Shown here one piece after another: positions 1 to 24,300 of a stretch of 64,000 nucleotides of DNA. Made by a program: the position numbers and the translations under genes. Position 1 is the stretch's first letter. Each line of letters starts with the position of its first letter. The notes under the pieces were generated by a model. That model was given only the letters and a program-made list of their open reading frames with translations. It was not told the origin of the DNA and did no database searches. Origin of the DNA: an uncultured Gemmatimonadales bacterium (GTDB lineage: Bacteria; Gemmatimonadota; Gemmatimonadetes; Longimicrobiales; Longimicrobiaceae); NCBI GenBank assembly GCA_963716255.1, contig OY970303.1, positions 2,976,001 to 3,040,000 of the forward strand. The letters run 5' to 3'.

Positions 1-3000
1 CTCCGGCGACCGCTCCACGCACACCCCCACCCGCACCTCGGGCCCCACGCCGCGGCGGGCCAGGGCGCGCGCCAGGCCGGCGGAGCGGGCGTCCAGCTCC
101 GCGTACGTGACCCGCTCCACGCCCGAGACCAGCGCCACGGCGCCGGGAGTGCGCGCCGCCTGCTCGGCGAACAGCTCGTGCACGCAGCGCCCGGAATCCG
201 CGGCCGCGTCGCCGGAGCGGCTCCACTCGTCCAGCACCCGGGCGCGCTCGTCGCCGCCCAGGACCTCCACCGCGGACAGGCGCAGCTCAGGGTGCGCGGC
301 GACGGCCTCCAGCAGCCGGACGAAATGGTCCGCCATGCGCTCCATGGTGGCCCGGTCGAACAGGTCCGCGCGGTACGCGAAGCTGCCGAGGAGGTGGTCG
401 CCGTCCTCGGCCAGCGTGACGCTCAGGTCGAACTTGGCCACGTCCTCCCCGCGGGCCAGCCCGCCCACCTCCAGGTCGCCCATCCTCAGCTCGCCCCGGT
501 CCATGTTCTGGAGCGAGAACATCACCTGGAAGAGCGGGGTGTGCAGCAGGCTGCGCTCCACGCGCAGCTCCTCCACCAGCTTCTCGAAGGGCACTTCCTG
601 GTGCGCGTACGCCGCCAGCGTCGTTTCGCGCACGCGGCCCAGGAGCGCGCGGAAGGCGGGGTCGTCGGACAGGTCGGCGCGCAGCACCAGGGTGTTGACG
701 AAGAAGCCGATCAGCCCCTCGGTCTCCACGCGGTCGCGCCCGGCGACGGGCGTCCCCACGCTCACGTCGTCCTGGCCGCTCCAGCGCGCCAGGAGCGCCT
801 GGAAGGCCGCCAGAAGGGTGATGAACGGCGTGGTGCCCTCGCGCAGCCCCAGCTCGCGCAGCGCCGCCGCGGTCTCCGGCTCCACCGCGAACGGCACCGC
901 GTCGGCGCGGGCGCCGGGGACCGCGGTGCGCGGCCGGTCGACCGGGAGCTCCAGCAGCGGCGGGGCGCCGTCCAGCGCGTCGCGCCAGAAGCGGAGCTGC
1001 GCCTCCAGCTCGTCGCCCGTGATGCGCTCCCGCTGCCACAGCGCGTAGTCCGGGTACTGCACCGGGAGCGGGGCCAGCGGCGACGGCGCGACGCGCGTGA
1101 AGGCGCCGTACAGCGCCGACACTTCGCGTGTCAGCACCCCGGTGGACCAGCCGTCGCTGACGATGTGGTGGAGGTTGAAGACCAGCCCCCAGTCGTCCGC
1201 GTCCAGGCGCAGGAGCGAGGCGCGCAGGAGCGGCCCGCGCGCCAGGTCGAAGGGGCGCGCCGACTCCTCCATCGCCAGCCGCCGCGCCTGGGCCTCGCGC
1301 GCGCCGTCCGGGAGCCCGGACAGGTCGGCCACCGGCAGCCGCGCCGGGGCGGCGGGGAGGACGATCTGCACCGGCTCGCCCGAGGTGGCGGCGAAGACGG
1401 TGCGCAGCGACTCGTGCCGCCGCACCAGCTCAGCCAGCGAACGGCGCATGGCGGGCACGTCCAGCGCGCCGCGCAGCCGCAGCGGGTACGGCATGTTGTA
1501 GGCGCTGCTCGCCGGGTCCAGCTGCTGGATGAACCACAGGCGCTGCTGCGCGAAGGAAAGCGGCACCGGCCCGTCCGTCCGGCGCGGGAGGATGCGCACG
1601 GTGTCGCGCCTGTCCCCCGCCCCCCCGCGGAGCAGGGCGTCCACCCGGGCGCCCAGGGCGGCCACGGTGGGCGCCTCGAAGATCGTGCGCAGCGGCACCT
1701 CCACCCCGAACGCCTCGCGCGCCCGGGCGATCACCCGCGTCGCCATGAGCGAGTGGCCGCCCAGCGCGAAGAAGTCCTCCGTCACCCCGACACGCTCGCG
1801 GCGCAGCACGTCCGCCCAGATGTCGGCAAGGACTTCCTCCGTGGAGGTGCGCGGCGCGACGTGCTCCGCCGCGCCGGGGGCCTCCGGCGCGGGCAGGGCC
1901 CTGCGGTCCACCTTGCCGTTGTGGGTGAGCGGAAAGGCGTCCAGCACCACCAGCGCGGACGGCACCATGTACTCCGGGAGCCGCGCCGACAGGTGCTCCC
2001 TGAGCTCCGCCTCGGAAACGCCGTCGCCTGACGGGACGAGGTAGCCGACGAGACGCTTCTCGCCCGGGACGCCGAAGGCGGCATCCTCGCGGACGACCAC
2101 GAGGGCTTCACGGACGGCCGGGTGGGCGGCGATCTGCGCCTCGATCTCCCCCGGCTCGATGCGGAAGCCGCGCACCTTGACCTGGTCGTCCGCCCGCCCC
2201 ACGTAGTCCAGCTCCCCCGACGCAAGCCACCGCACGCGGTCGCCCGAGCGGTACGTCCGCGCCCCCGCTTCTCCCGCGAACGGGTCGGGCAGGAACTTCT
2301 CGGCCGTCAGCTCCGGCCGCCCCAGGTAGCCGCGCGCCACCCCGGCGCCGCCCACGTACAGCTCCCCCGCCACCCCCACCGGCACCGGCTCGCCGCGCCG
2401 GTCCAGCAGGTACACGCGCACGTTGGCGATCGGCCGCCCGATCCCCACGCGCTCCGCCCCGTCCACCCGCGCCACCGTGGTGTTGACCGTCGCCTCGGTG
2501 GGCCCGTAGTGGTTCCACACCGCCGCGCCCGGGAAGAGCGCCCGCGTCCGCTCCACCAGCTCCGCCGACAGCGCCTCCCCGCCCAGCAGCGCCGCCATCA
2601 ATCCCGCCGGCTTCGGCGCTTCGCCGGTGCGCACGAGCTCCAGCATGGCGCTCCACAGCGCCGGCACCCCGCCGAACGACACGCGCCCGCGCGCCGCCAG
2701 CGCGGCCAGCAGCGCGGCGGGGTCGGCCGCGGTCTCCTCGGGGAGCACCCACACGGGCTCGCCGCGCAGCAGCGGCGGGAAGAGCTGCCGCACGTGCGCG
2801 TCGAAGCTGAGCCGCGAGACCAGCGGCAGGGCGAAGCCGTCCTCGCCCAGCACCTCGCGGTCGAACCAGGCCAGGTAGTTGGCGAGGCCGCGGTGGGTCG
2901 CCAGCACGCCCTTGGGGGTGCCGGTGGAGCCGGAGGTGTAGATGACGTACGCCAGGTTGTCGGGGTCGACGGGGACCGGCGCGACGGCGGGATCCGTCTC

Positions 3001-4911
3001 CCCCGCAAGGACGGAGGGGGTCGGGGGGTGAGGGGTGAGCCCCACCACCGCCCCCGCGAACCCCGCCAGCCGCGGGGACAGGTCGGGGCTGGCGACCACC
3101 GCGGAGGCCGCGGCGTCGGCGAGCATGAAGCGCAGGCGCTCGTCGGGGTGGCCGGGGTCCAGGGCCACGTACGCGGCGCCGGCCTTGAGGATGCCGAGCA
3201 CGGCGACCACCTGGGCGTCGCCGCGCTCCAGCAGGATCCCTACGCGGCCGTCCACCTGCACGCCCGCGTCGCGCAGGCGGCGCGCGAGCCGGTCGGCGTC
3301 GCGCTCCAGCTCGGCGAAGGTGAGGGTGCGCTCGCGGAACAGGACGGCGGGGGCGTGGGGCGTGCGCGCGGCCTGCCGGGCGATGCGCTCGTGGACGAGG
3401 CCGCGCGGGAGCTCGGCGGCGGTGGCGTTCCAGGCGTGCAGGAGCTGCGCGCGCTCGGCGGCGGAAAGGATGTCCGCACCCCCGACCGGGGCGTCGGGGT
3501 CGGCGGCGAGCGCGGCGAGCAGGCTGGTGAAGTGGCCGAGCATCCGCTCGATGGTCTCGCCCTCGAACAGGTCGGCGCGATAGGTGACGCGGCCGCCGAC
3601 GCGGTCGCCCGTCTCCACCAGGCTCACGCTCAGGTCGAACTTGGCCGACTCCTCGCCGGGGGACAGCGGCTCCATCCGCATCCCGCCCAGGTCCAGCGCG
3701 CCGGCCTGGTTGTTCTGGAGGGAGAACATGACCTGGAAGAGCGGCGTGTGCTGGAGGCTGCGCTCCACCCGCAGCTCTTCCACCAGCTTCTCGAACGGCA
3801 CGTCCTGGTGCGCGAACGCCCCCAGCGTCGCTTCCCGCACCCGCCCCAGCAGCTCCCGGAACGAAAGCTCGCCCTCCACGCGGGTACGCAGCACCAGGGT
3901 GTTCACGAACATCCCGATCACTCCCTCCAGCTCCAGCCGCCCCCGCCCGGCCGTCGGCGTCCCCACGCTCACGTCCTCCTGCCCGCTCCAGCGCGCCAGC
4001 AGCGCCTGGAACGCCGCCAGCAGCGTGATGAACAGCGTCACGCCCTCGCCCTGCGCCAGCTCCCGCAGCGACGCCATGGTCTCCGCCGGCAGCGCGAACA
4101 CCCGGCGCCCGGCGCGCTGCCCGGGCACGGGCGGGCGCTGCCGGTCGACCGGCAGCTCCAGCACGGGCGGAGCGCCGTCCAGCGCCTCGCGCCAGAAGCG
4201 GACCTGCGCTTCCAGCGCCTCGCCGCTGATGCGCTCCCGCTGCCACACCGCGTAGTCCGGGTACTGCACCTCCAGCGGCTTCAGCGGCGAAGGCAGGCCG
4301 CGCGAGAACGCGTCGTACAGCGCGGACACCTCGCGGGTCAGCACGCCCATGCTCCAGCCGTCGCTGACGACGTGGTGGAGGGTGAACACCAGCCCCCAGT
4401 CGTCGGCGGCCAGGCGGAGGAGCGAGGCGCGCATCAGCGGGCCGCGCGCCAGGTCGAAGGGGCGCGCCGACTCCTGCATCGTCAGCCGCTGCGCCTCCCC
4501 CTCGCGCACGCCGTCGGGGAGCGCGGACAGGTCGGCCACCGGCAGCCGCACGGGGGCGGCGGGGAGGACGATCTGCACCGGCTCGCCCGCGGTGGCGGCG
4601 AACACCGTGCGAAGCGACTCGTGCCGCCGCACCAGCTCGGTCAGCGCCCGGCGCATGGCGGGCACGTCCACCTCGCCGCGCAGCCGCAGCGGGTTGGGCA
4701 TGTTGTAGGCGCTGCTCGCCGGGTCCAGCTGCTGGATGAACCACAGCCGCTGCTGCGCGAACGACAGCGGCACCGGTCCCTCGGCGGATCGCGGGCGCAC
4801 GCGCTCGTCCTCGCGCTTCTGGCCGGCGCGCTTGCGGAGCAGCTTCTTCAGGAGCTGCTGGCGCTCGGGCGACATCTCTTCCGGCCGGGCCGGGGGGCTC
4901 TTCTCGGTCAC
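1..4911 (-). CDS. NRPS, 3'-truncated by window edge: N-terminal docking helix-C-A-T-C-A(partial)
   Basis: Absent from the ORF track because it has no stop in the window. Reading the reverse complement gives GTG at 4911 (alternatives GTG 4926, ATG 4875): (M)TEKSPPARPEEMSPERQQLLKKLLRKR...[11 protein letters not shown]. Also present: HHVVSDGWS (~4360), [11 protein letters not shown] (~2920), [11 protein letters not shown] (~1750), a second C domain HHIVSDGWS (~1160), and GVGPEVRVGVCVERSPE running in frame off position 1. A1 code by eye DARGLGHVNK. Confidence 0.9.
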   Translation of the reverse strand, partial: MTEKSPPARPEEMSPERQQLLKKLLRKRAGQKREDERVRPRSAEGPVPLSFAQQRLWFIQQLDPASSAYNMPNPLRLRGEVDVPAMRRALTELVRRHESLRTVFAATAGEPVQIVLPAAPVRLPVADLSALPDGVREGEAQRLTMQESARPFDLARGPLMRASLLRLAADDWGLVFTLHHVVSDGWSMGVLTREVSALYDAFSRGLPSPLKPLEVQYPDYAVWQRERISGEALEAQVRFWREALDGAPPVLELPVDRQRPPVPGQRAGRRVFALPAETMASLRELAQGEGVTLFITLLAAFQALLARWSGQEDVSVGTPTAGRGRLELEGVIGMFVNTLVLRTRVEGELSFRELLGRVREATLGAFAHQDVPFEKLVEELRVERSLQHTPLFQVMFSLQNNQAGALDLGGMRMEPLSPGEESAKFDLSVSLVETGDRVGGRVTYRADLFEGETIERMLGHFTSLLAALAADPDAPVGGADILSAAERAQLLHAWNATAAELPRGLVHERIARQAARTPHAPAVLFRERTLTFAELERDADRLARRLRDAGVQVDGRVGILLERGDAQVVAVLGILKAGAAYVALDPGHPDERLRFMLADAAASAVVASPDLSPRLAGFAGAVVGLTPHPPTPSVLAGETDPAVAPVPVDPDNLAYVIYTSGSTGTPKGVLATHRGLANYLAWFDREVLGEDGFALPLVSRLSFDAHVRQLFPPLLRGEPVWVLPEETAADPAALLAALAARGRVSFGGVPALWSAMLELVRTGEAPKPAGLMAALLGGEALSAELVERTRALFPGAAVWNHYGPTEATVNTTVARVDGAERVGIGRPIANVRVYLLDRRGEPVPVGVAGELYVGGAGVARGYLGRPELTAEKFLPDPFAGEAGARTYRSGDRVRWLASGELDYVGRADDQVKVRGFRIEPGEIEAQIAAHPAVREALVVVREDAAFGVPGEKRLVGYLVPSGDGVSEAELREHLSARLPEYMVPSALVVLDAFPLTHNGKVDRRALPAPEAPGAAEHVAPRTSTEEVLADIWADVLRRERVGVTEDFFALGGHSLMATRVIARAREAFGVEVPLRTIFEAPTVAALGARVDALLRGGAGDRRDTVRILPRRTDGPVPLSFAQQRLWFIQQLDPASSAYNMPYPLRLRGALDVPAMRRSLAELVRRHESLRTVFAATSGEPVQIVLPAAPARLPVADLSGLPDGAREAQARRLAMEESARPFDLARGPLLRASLLRLDADDWGLVFNLHHIVSDGWSTGVLTREVSALYGAFTRVAPSPLAPLPVQYPDYALWQRERITGDELEAQLRFWRDALDGAPPLLELPVDRPRTAVPGARADAVPFAVEPETAAALRELGLREGTTPFITLLAAFQALLARWSGQDDVSVGTPVAGRDRVETEGLIGFFVNTLVLRADLSDDPAFRALLGRVRETTLAAYAHQEVPFEKLVEELRVERSLLHTPLFQVMFSLQNMDRGELRMGDLEVGGLARGEDVAKFDLSVTLAEDGDHLLGSFAYRADLFDRATMERMADHFVRLLEAVAAHPELRLSAVEVLGGDERARVLDEWSRSGDAAADSGRCVHELFAEQAARTPGAVALVSGVERVTYAELDARSAGLARALARRGVGPEVRVGVCVERSPE
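2993..3035. repeat. Degenerate intragenic REP-like hairpin (unit B variant) in A-domain loop
   Basis: tccgtc-tcccccgcaag-gacgga stem followed by ggggtcggggggtgagggg. Encodes TPHPPTPSVLAGETD just before [12 protein letters not shown]. Confidence 0.6.
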
Positions 4912-4932
4912 TCGATTCTCGGGCACGGGGCG

Positions 4933-18045
<13,113 letters not shown>

Positions 18046-18052
18046 CCTGTGG

Positions 18053-18059
18053 CTCTCCC
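18053..18059 (-). promoter_or_regulatory. Ribosome-binding site supporting the GTG start at 18045
   Basis: Minus strand GGGAGAG-ccacagg-GTG. Confidence 0.5.
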
Positions 18060-18304
18060 GTGTCTGTAACGACGCAGGCACGCGCCTCGCCGCAGTCCGT
18101 GTCTGGAAGGGTGCGCACCACCGGGGCGGCGGCCGCGGGCCCGTCCCGGGGCACGGGAGGGGCCGCACGTCCGGGACACGCCCGGACCCGCCGATGGAGC
18201 TTGACCCGGCGCCGGAGCCGCGCTGCCGCGGATCCCGCCCGGGCCGGGAATCTAATACGACGTGTCGGATTTCGCGCGGGGGTCGCGGGCCGCGCGGCCG
18301 CCGC

Positions 18305-21300
18305 TCACCCGTCGCCCAGCATCCGCCGCACCTCCTCGTCGGAAAGGCCGGCGAGCCGCTCCCACTCCTCGTCCACCTCCCACTCCTCCAGCTCCGGCGC
18401 GGGACGGGCGGCCTGCAGCCAGGCGGCCAGGGCGGCCAGGGCGGCGACGGTGGGGGCTTCGAACATGACGCGCACCGGCACCTCCACGCCCATCTCGCGG
18501 TGCACGCGGGCGACCACGCGCGTGGCGAGCAGAGAGTGCCCGCCCAGGTCGAAGAAGTGGTCCTCGGCGCCCACGCGCTCCACCCCCAGCACCTCGGCGA
18601 AGATCGCCGCCACCCGCTCCTCGTCCGGGGTCCGGGGCGGCACGTGCTCCACGGCCGCGGCCCCCGCGTCCGGCGCGGGGAGGGCCCTGCGGTCCAGCTT
18701 GCCGCCGGGCGTCAGGGGAAGCCTCTCCAGCGCCACGAACGCGGCGGGGACCAGGTGCTCGGGGAGCGAGCCCCGCAGCCCCCGGCGCAGCTCCGCCGCC
18801 GCGGGCGCCTCCCGCCCCGCCGCGGGGACCAGGTAGGCCACCAGCCGGGCCGCGCCGCCCTCGCCGGCGGCGACCACCGCCGCCTCGCGCACGGCCGGGT
18901 GGCGCAGGAGCGCGGCCTCCACCTCGCCGGGCTCGATGCGGAAGCCGCGCACCTTGAGCTGCCGGTCCGTACGCCCCAGGAACTCCAGCGCGCCGCCCGG
19001 CCCCCGCCGCGCCCGGTCGCCGCTGCGGTACAGCCGCGTGCCGGCCGCGCCGGAGAAAGGATCGGGGAGCCAGCGCTCCGCGGTGAGCGCCGGGCGTCCC
19101 AGGTAGCCGCGCGCCAGCGTCGGCCCGCCCAGGTACAGCTCGCCGGGGATCCCGTCCGCCACCGGCTCGCCCGTGCCGTCCAGCACGTACGCCGCGCGCC
19201 CGGGGAGCGGCCCGCCGATGGGGGCCACCGGCCAGGGCCAGGCACCCGGGAACTGCTCCGGCAGCTCGTGCACGGTGGCGGTGACCACCGCCTCGGTGGG
19301 GCCGTAGCCGTTGAGCAGGCGGTGGGGCGCGGGGAAGCGCTCCCGCCAGCGGCGCACCGCCGCGGAGGGCACCGCCTCGCCGCCCACCACCACCAGGCGC
19401 GGGGCGGGGGCGTCCTCCCCCCCGGCGGCGTCCTCCGCCGCCGCCTGCCAGTACGCCACGGGGAGGTTGGCGACGGTGATCCCCAGCGCCCGTGCGCGCT
19501 CCCCGAACGACTCCGGGCTCCACGGCTCCGGCCCGCGCAGCACCAGCGCCGCGCCGGCGAGCAGCGTGGGGAAGAGCTGCTCCAGCGACACGTCGAACGC
19601 GGCGGAAGCGAACTGGAGCACCCGGTCGCCCGCGCCGAGCCCCGCCAGGGCGGCGAAGGCCAGCGAGTGGGCCGCCGCCGCGCGGTGCTCCACGACCACG
19701 CCCTTGGGGGTGCCGGTGGAGCCGGAGGTGTAGATCACGTACGCCGCGCCGGCGGGGTGCCCGGGGGCGGGCGCGGAATCGTCCGCGGCGGCCGTGACGC
19801 GCTCGCCGTCCACGTCCAGCCGCACCGTTTCCCAGGGGCCTTCCGGCTCGCGCCCCTCCACGGAGGCGTCCGCCAGGAGGAGGCGGGCGCCCGCGTCGCC
19901 CATGACGTACGCCAGGCGCTCGGCGGGGTCCCCCGGGTCCAGGGGGAGGTAGACGGCGCCGGCCTTGAGGACGGCAAGCACGGCGGCCACCATCTCCGGG
20001 CTCCACCGCATGCACACCCCCACCGCCGCCTCCGGGCCCGCGCCGCGCGAGGCAAGGAAGCGCGCCAGGCGGTCGGACCGGGCGTGGAGCTGGGCGTAGG
20101 TGAGGGCGCCGCCCCCCTCCACCTGCACGGCCGGGGCGCCCGGCGCGCGCCCGGCGGCCTCGGCGAAGAGCGCGTGCAGGGTGCGCTCCGGCGCGGGGCC
20201 GGCGTCCGCGCCGCGCGAGGCGGCCAGGACGGCGCGGCGCTCCTCCGGCGCGAGCAGGCCGATCCCGTCCACCCGCGCCCCGGGGTCCGCGGCCATCCCG
20301 GCGACCAGCCGCCGGAGCTGGGCGGAAAGCCGCTCCACCGTGGACTCGTCGAACAGCTCCTTGCGATACGAGAAGGTGGAGTACACCCGGCCCCGCTGGT
20401 CGGACACCACCAGCGCCAGCTCGAACTGGGCGACGTAGGCGTCGGTGCGCATCCCGGACATCTCCACGTCGCCCAGCCGCAGCTCGCCGCTGTCCACGTT
20501 GACCATGGCCAGGAAGACCTGGAAGAGCGGGTTGTACGCCAGCGAGCGCTCGGGGCGCAGCCCGGCCACCACCCGCTCGAAGGGGAGGTCCTGGTGGGCG
20601 TGCGCCTCCAGCAGCGTTTCGCGGACGCGGCGCAGCAGCTCGCGCCCGGTGGGCGCGCCGGACAGGTCGCCGCGCAGCACCAGCGTGTTGACGAAGAAGC
20701 CGATCAGCGGCTCCAGCTCCAGCCGCGTGCGCCCCGCGGCCGAGGTGCCCACCGGGACGTCGTCGCCCGCGCCGGACCGGGCGAGCAGCGCCTGGAGCGC
20801 GGCGAGCAGCACCACGAAGACGGTGGCGCCCTCGCGGCGGGCCAGCCCGCGCAGGGCATCCAGCTCCGCCGGGGGGAGCACGAAGGGAAAGTCGCCCCCC
20901 GTCAGGTCCGGGAGCGCCGGGCGCGGGCGGTCCACGGGCAGATCCAGCAGCGGCGGGGCGCCGCGCAGCCGCTCCCGCCAGAAGTCCACCTGCCGCTCCA
21001 GCGTCTCGCCCCGCAGCCAGCCCCGCTGCCACACGGCGTAGTCGGCGTACTGGAGGGGGAGCGGCGGGAGCGGCGAGGGCTCGCCGCGCGAAAAGGCCCC
21101 GTACAGGGTGGACACCTCGCGCACCAGCACGCCGGTGCTCCACCCGTCGGACACGGCGTGGTGGATGTTGCCCAGGAGCAGCCACTCCGCGTCGTCCACG
21201 CGCACCACGTGGACGCGCAGCAGCGGACCGCGCTCCAGGTCGAAGGGGCGCAGCATCTCCTCCGCGGCCACGCGGTGGGCCTCGCGCCCCCGGGCCGGCT

Positions 21301-24300
21301 CCGCCAGCCCCGACAGGTCCACGGCGGGGACGGGAAAGGGCGCGGGGGGGAGGACGACCTGCTCGGGATCGCCGCCCGTGTCGCGGAACACGGTGCGCAG
21401 CGCCTCGTGGCGCCGCACGATCTCGGTGAGGGCGCGCCGCAGCGTCCGCGGGTCCAGCGCGCCGCGCAGCCGCAGCGGGAAGGGGAGGTTGTAGGCGGCG
21501 CTTGCCGGCTCCATGCGCTGGATGAACCAGAGCCGCTGCTGCGCGAACGAGAGCGGGAGCGGCCCGTCGCGGGGGGCGTGCCGGATGGGGGGCGGCAGCA
21601 GCCCGGCGCCGGCGCGCAGCAGGGCGTCCACGCGCTCGGCCAGCGCGGCCGGGGTGCGCGCCTCGAACATGGCGCGCAGTGACAGGTCGGCGCCGGTGGC
21701 CTGGCGCACGCGGGTGACCACGCGGGTGGCGAGCAGCGAGTGCCCTCCCAGCGCGAAGAAGTCGTCCTCCGCCCCCACGCGCTCCCTTTCCAGCATCTCC
21801 GCCCAGATCCCGGCCAGGATCTCTTCGGTGGGGGTGCGGGGCGCCACGTACGCTTCCGCGGCGGGCCCCGCGGGGGCGGGGAGCGACCGCCGGTCGACCT
21901 TGCCGCTGGAGGTCAGCGGAAGACTCTCCAGCTCCACCACGACGTCGGGGACCATGTGCCCGGGGAGCCGCCCCGCCAGCCAGGCGCGCAGCTCGGCGGC
22001 GGTGGGCGCGGCGCCGGCCTCCGGAACCACGTACCCCACCAGCCGCGCCTCCCCCGCCGCGTCCGCCCGTGCGGCCACCGCGGCCTCCCGCACCCGCGGG
22101 TGCGCGGCGAGCGCGGCCTCCACCTCGCCCGGCTCGATGCGGAAGCCCCGCACCTTGACCTGCTGGTCCGTGCGCCCCATCCACTCCAGCTCGCCGTCCG
22201 CGCGGCGGCGCACGCGGTCGCCGGAGCGGTACATGCGCGCCCCGGGCTCGCCGGCGAACGGGTCGGGGACGAACTTCTCCGCGGTCAGCTCCGGCCGCCC
22301 CAGGTAGCCGCGCGCCACCCCCGCGCCGCCCGCGTACAGCTCGCCCGGGACGCCCTCCGGGACCAGGCCGCCGTACGCGTCCAGCAGGTACACGCGCGCG
22401 TTGCCGACCGGCCGCCCGATGCCGAACGCCCTCCCCGGCTCCACCCGCGCCGCCGTGGTGTTGACCGTCGCCTCGGTGGGCCCGTAGTGGTTCCACAGCG
22501 CCACGCCGGGAAACGCCGCGAAGGTGCGCTCCGCCAGCCCGGCCGGCAGCGCCTCGCCCCCCAGCAGCACCGCCTGGAGCCCCGGGGGCGCGGGCGCCTC
22601 CCCGGAGCTCACCCGCTCCAGCACGGCGCTCCACAGCGAGGGCACCCCGCCGAAGGACACCCGCCCGCCGGCGGCGAGGACGTCCAGCAGCGCCGCCGGG
22701 TCGGTGGCCGTTTCCTCGGGGAGCACCCACACCGGCTCGCCGCGCAGCAGCGGCGGGAAGAGCTGCCGAACGTGCGCGTCGAACCCCAGGCGGCTCACCA
22801 GCGGCAGCGCGAACCCCTCCTCCCCCAGCACCTCCCGGTCGAACCAGTCCAGGTAGCTGGACAGGCCGCGGTGCGTGGCGAGCACGCCCTTGGGGGCGCC
22901 GGTGGAGCCGGAGGTGTAGATGACGTACGCAAGGTTGTCGGGATCGACGGAGATCCGTGCGTCGACCCTATCCCTCACCCCCGGCCCCTCTCCCACGAGG
23001 GGGGAGGGGGCCGGGGGGAGGGGGGTCTCCACGTCCACCACCGGCACGCCGCGCACCCGCCCCGCCAGCCCGGCGCTGGTCACGACGGCGGCGGCACCGG
23101 CGTCGCGGAGGAGGAGCTGAAGGCGCTCGTCGGGGTAGGCGGGGTCCAGGGGGAGGTAGGCGCCGCCCGCGCGCAGGATTCCCAGCACGGCGGCCACCAG
23201 GCCGGGCCCGCGCTCCAGCAGGATCCCGGCGCGCGCGTCGGGGCCCACGCCCAGGGCGCGCAGGCGGGCGGCGAGGGCGGCGGAGCGGCGGTCCAGCTCG
23301 GCGTAGCTCCACGTCCCGCCGGGAAAGACCACCGCGGGGGCGCCGGGGGCGAGGGCCGCCCGCGCGGCGAAGCGCTCGTGCACGGGGCGCGGATCGGGGG
23401 GCGTCACGGGGCCGCGGCCCTCCGCCAGCACGCGGACGCGCTCCCCGGGGGAAAGCAGCTCGATCGCGGAGATCCTGCCGTCCGGGTCGGCGGCCATCGC
23501 GGCGAGGACGCGCTCGTACTGCGCGAGCATGCGCTCCACCGTGGGGCCGTCGAAGAGGGCGCTGCGGAAGGTGAGGGTGGCGGCCATCTCCCCGGCCGGA
23601 TCGCCCGCGGCCATGCTCAGGTCGAACTTGGCCGCGGTGTCCGGGGACTCGATCGAGTCCACGCCCACGTCGCCCAGGCGCACGGGCTCCTCGGCGGCGC
23701 GCTGGAGCGAGAACATCACCTGGAAGAGGGGAGCCCCCCCGGCGACGCGCTCGGGGTGCAGCTCGTCCACCAGCTGGTCGAACGGGAGGTCCTGGTTGGC
23801 GTGGGCGCCCAGCACCGCCTCGCGGGTGCGCGCCAGCAGCTCGCGCACGGTGGGATCGCCGGACAGGTCGGCGCGCATCACCAGCGTGTTGACGAAGAAC
23901 CCCAGCGTTCCCTCCACCTCCGGACGGGTGCGCCCGGCGACCGGGGTCCCCACGGCCACGTCCCCGGTCCCGGCGTGCCGGCCCAGGAGGAGCTGCCAGG
24001 CGGCGAGCAGCGTCATGAACAGCGTGGCGCCCTCGGCCTGCGCGAGCGCCCGCACCGCGTGCCCCGTCTGCGCGGCGAAGGTGCGGGAGCGGCGTCCGCC
24101 CGCCGTGCCGACGGAGGCGACCCGCGGCCGGTCGGTGGGGAGGTCCAGGAGCGGCGGGAGGCCGGCCAGGCGGGCGCGCCAGAATGCGAGCTGCGCCTCC
24201 AGGCGCTCGCCGCCCAGGTGCTCGCGCTGCCACACGGCGAAGTCGGGGTACTGCACCTCGGGGTCGGCGAGCGCGGGCGCCCTCCCGGCGGCGAAGGCGT

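Noticed and set aside
18046..18168. 41-codon N-terminal extension of the 4411-aa ORF
   Set aside because: Low-complexity sequence; the GTG at 18045 has an RBS and matches the shared N-terminal motif.
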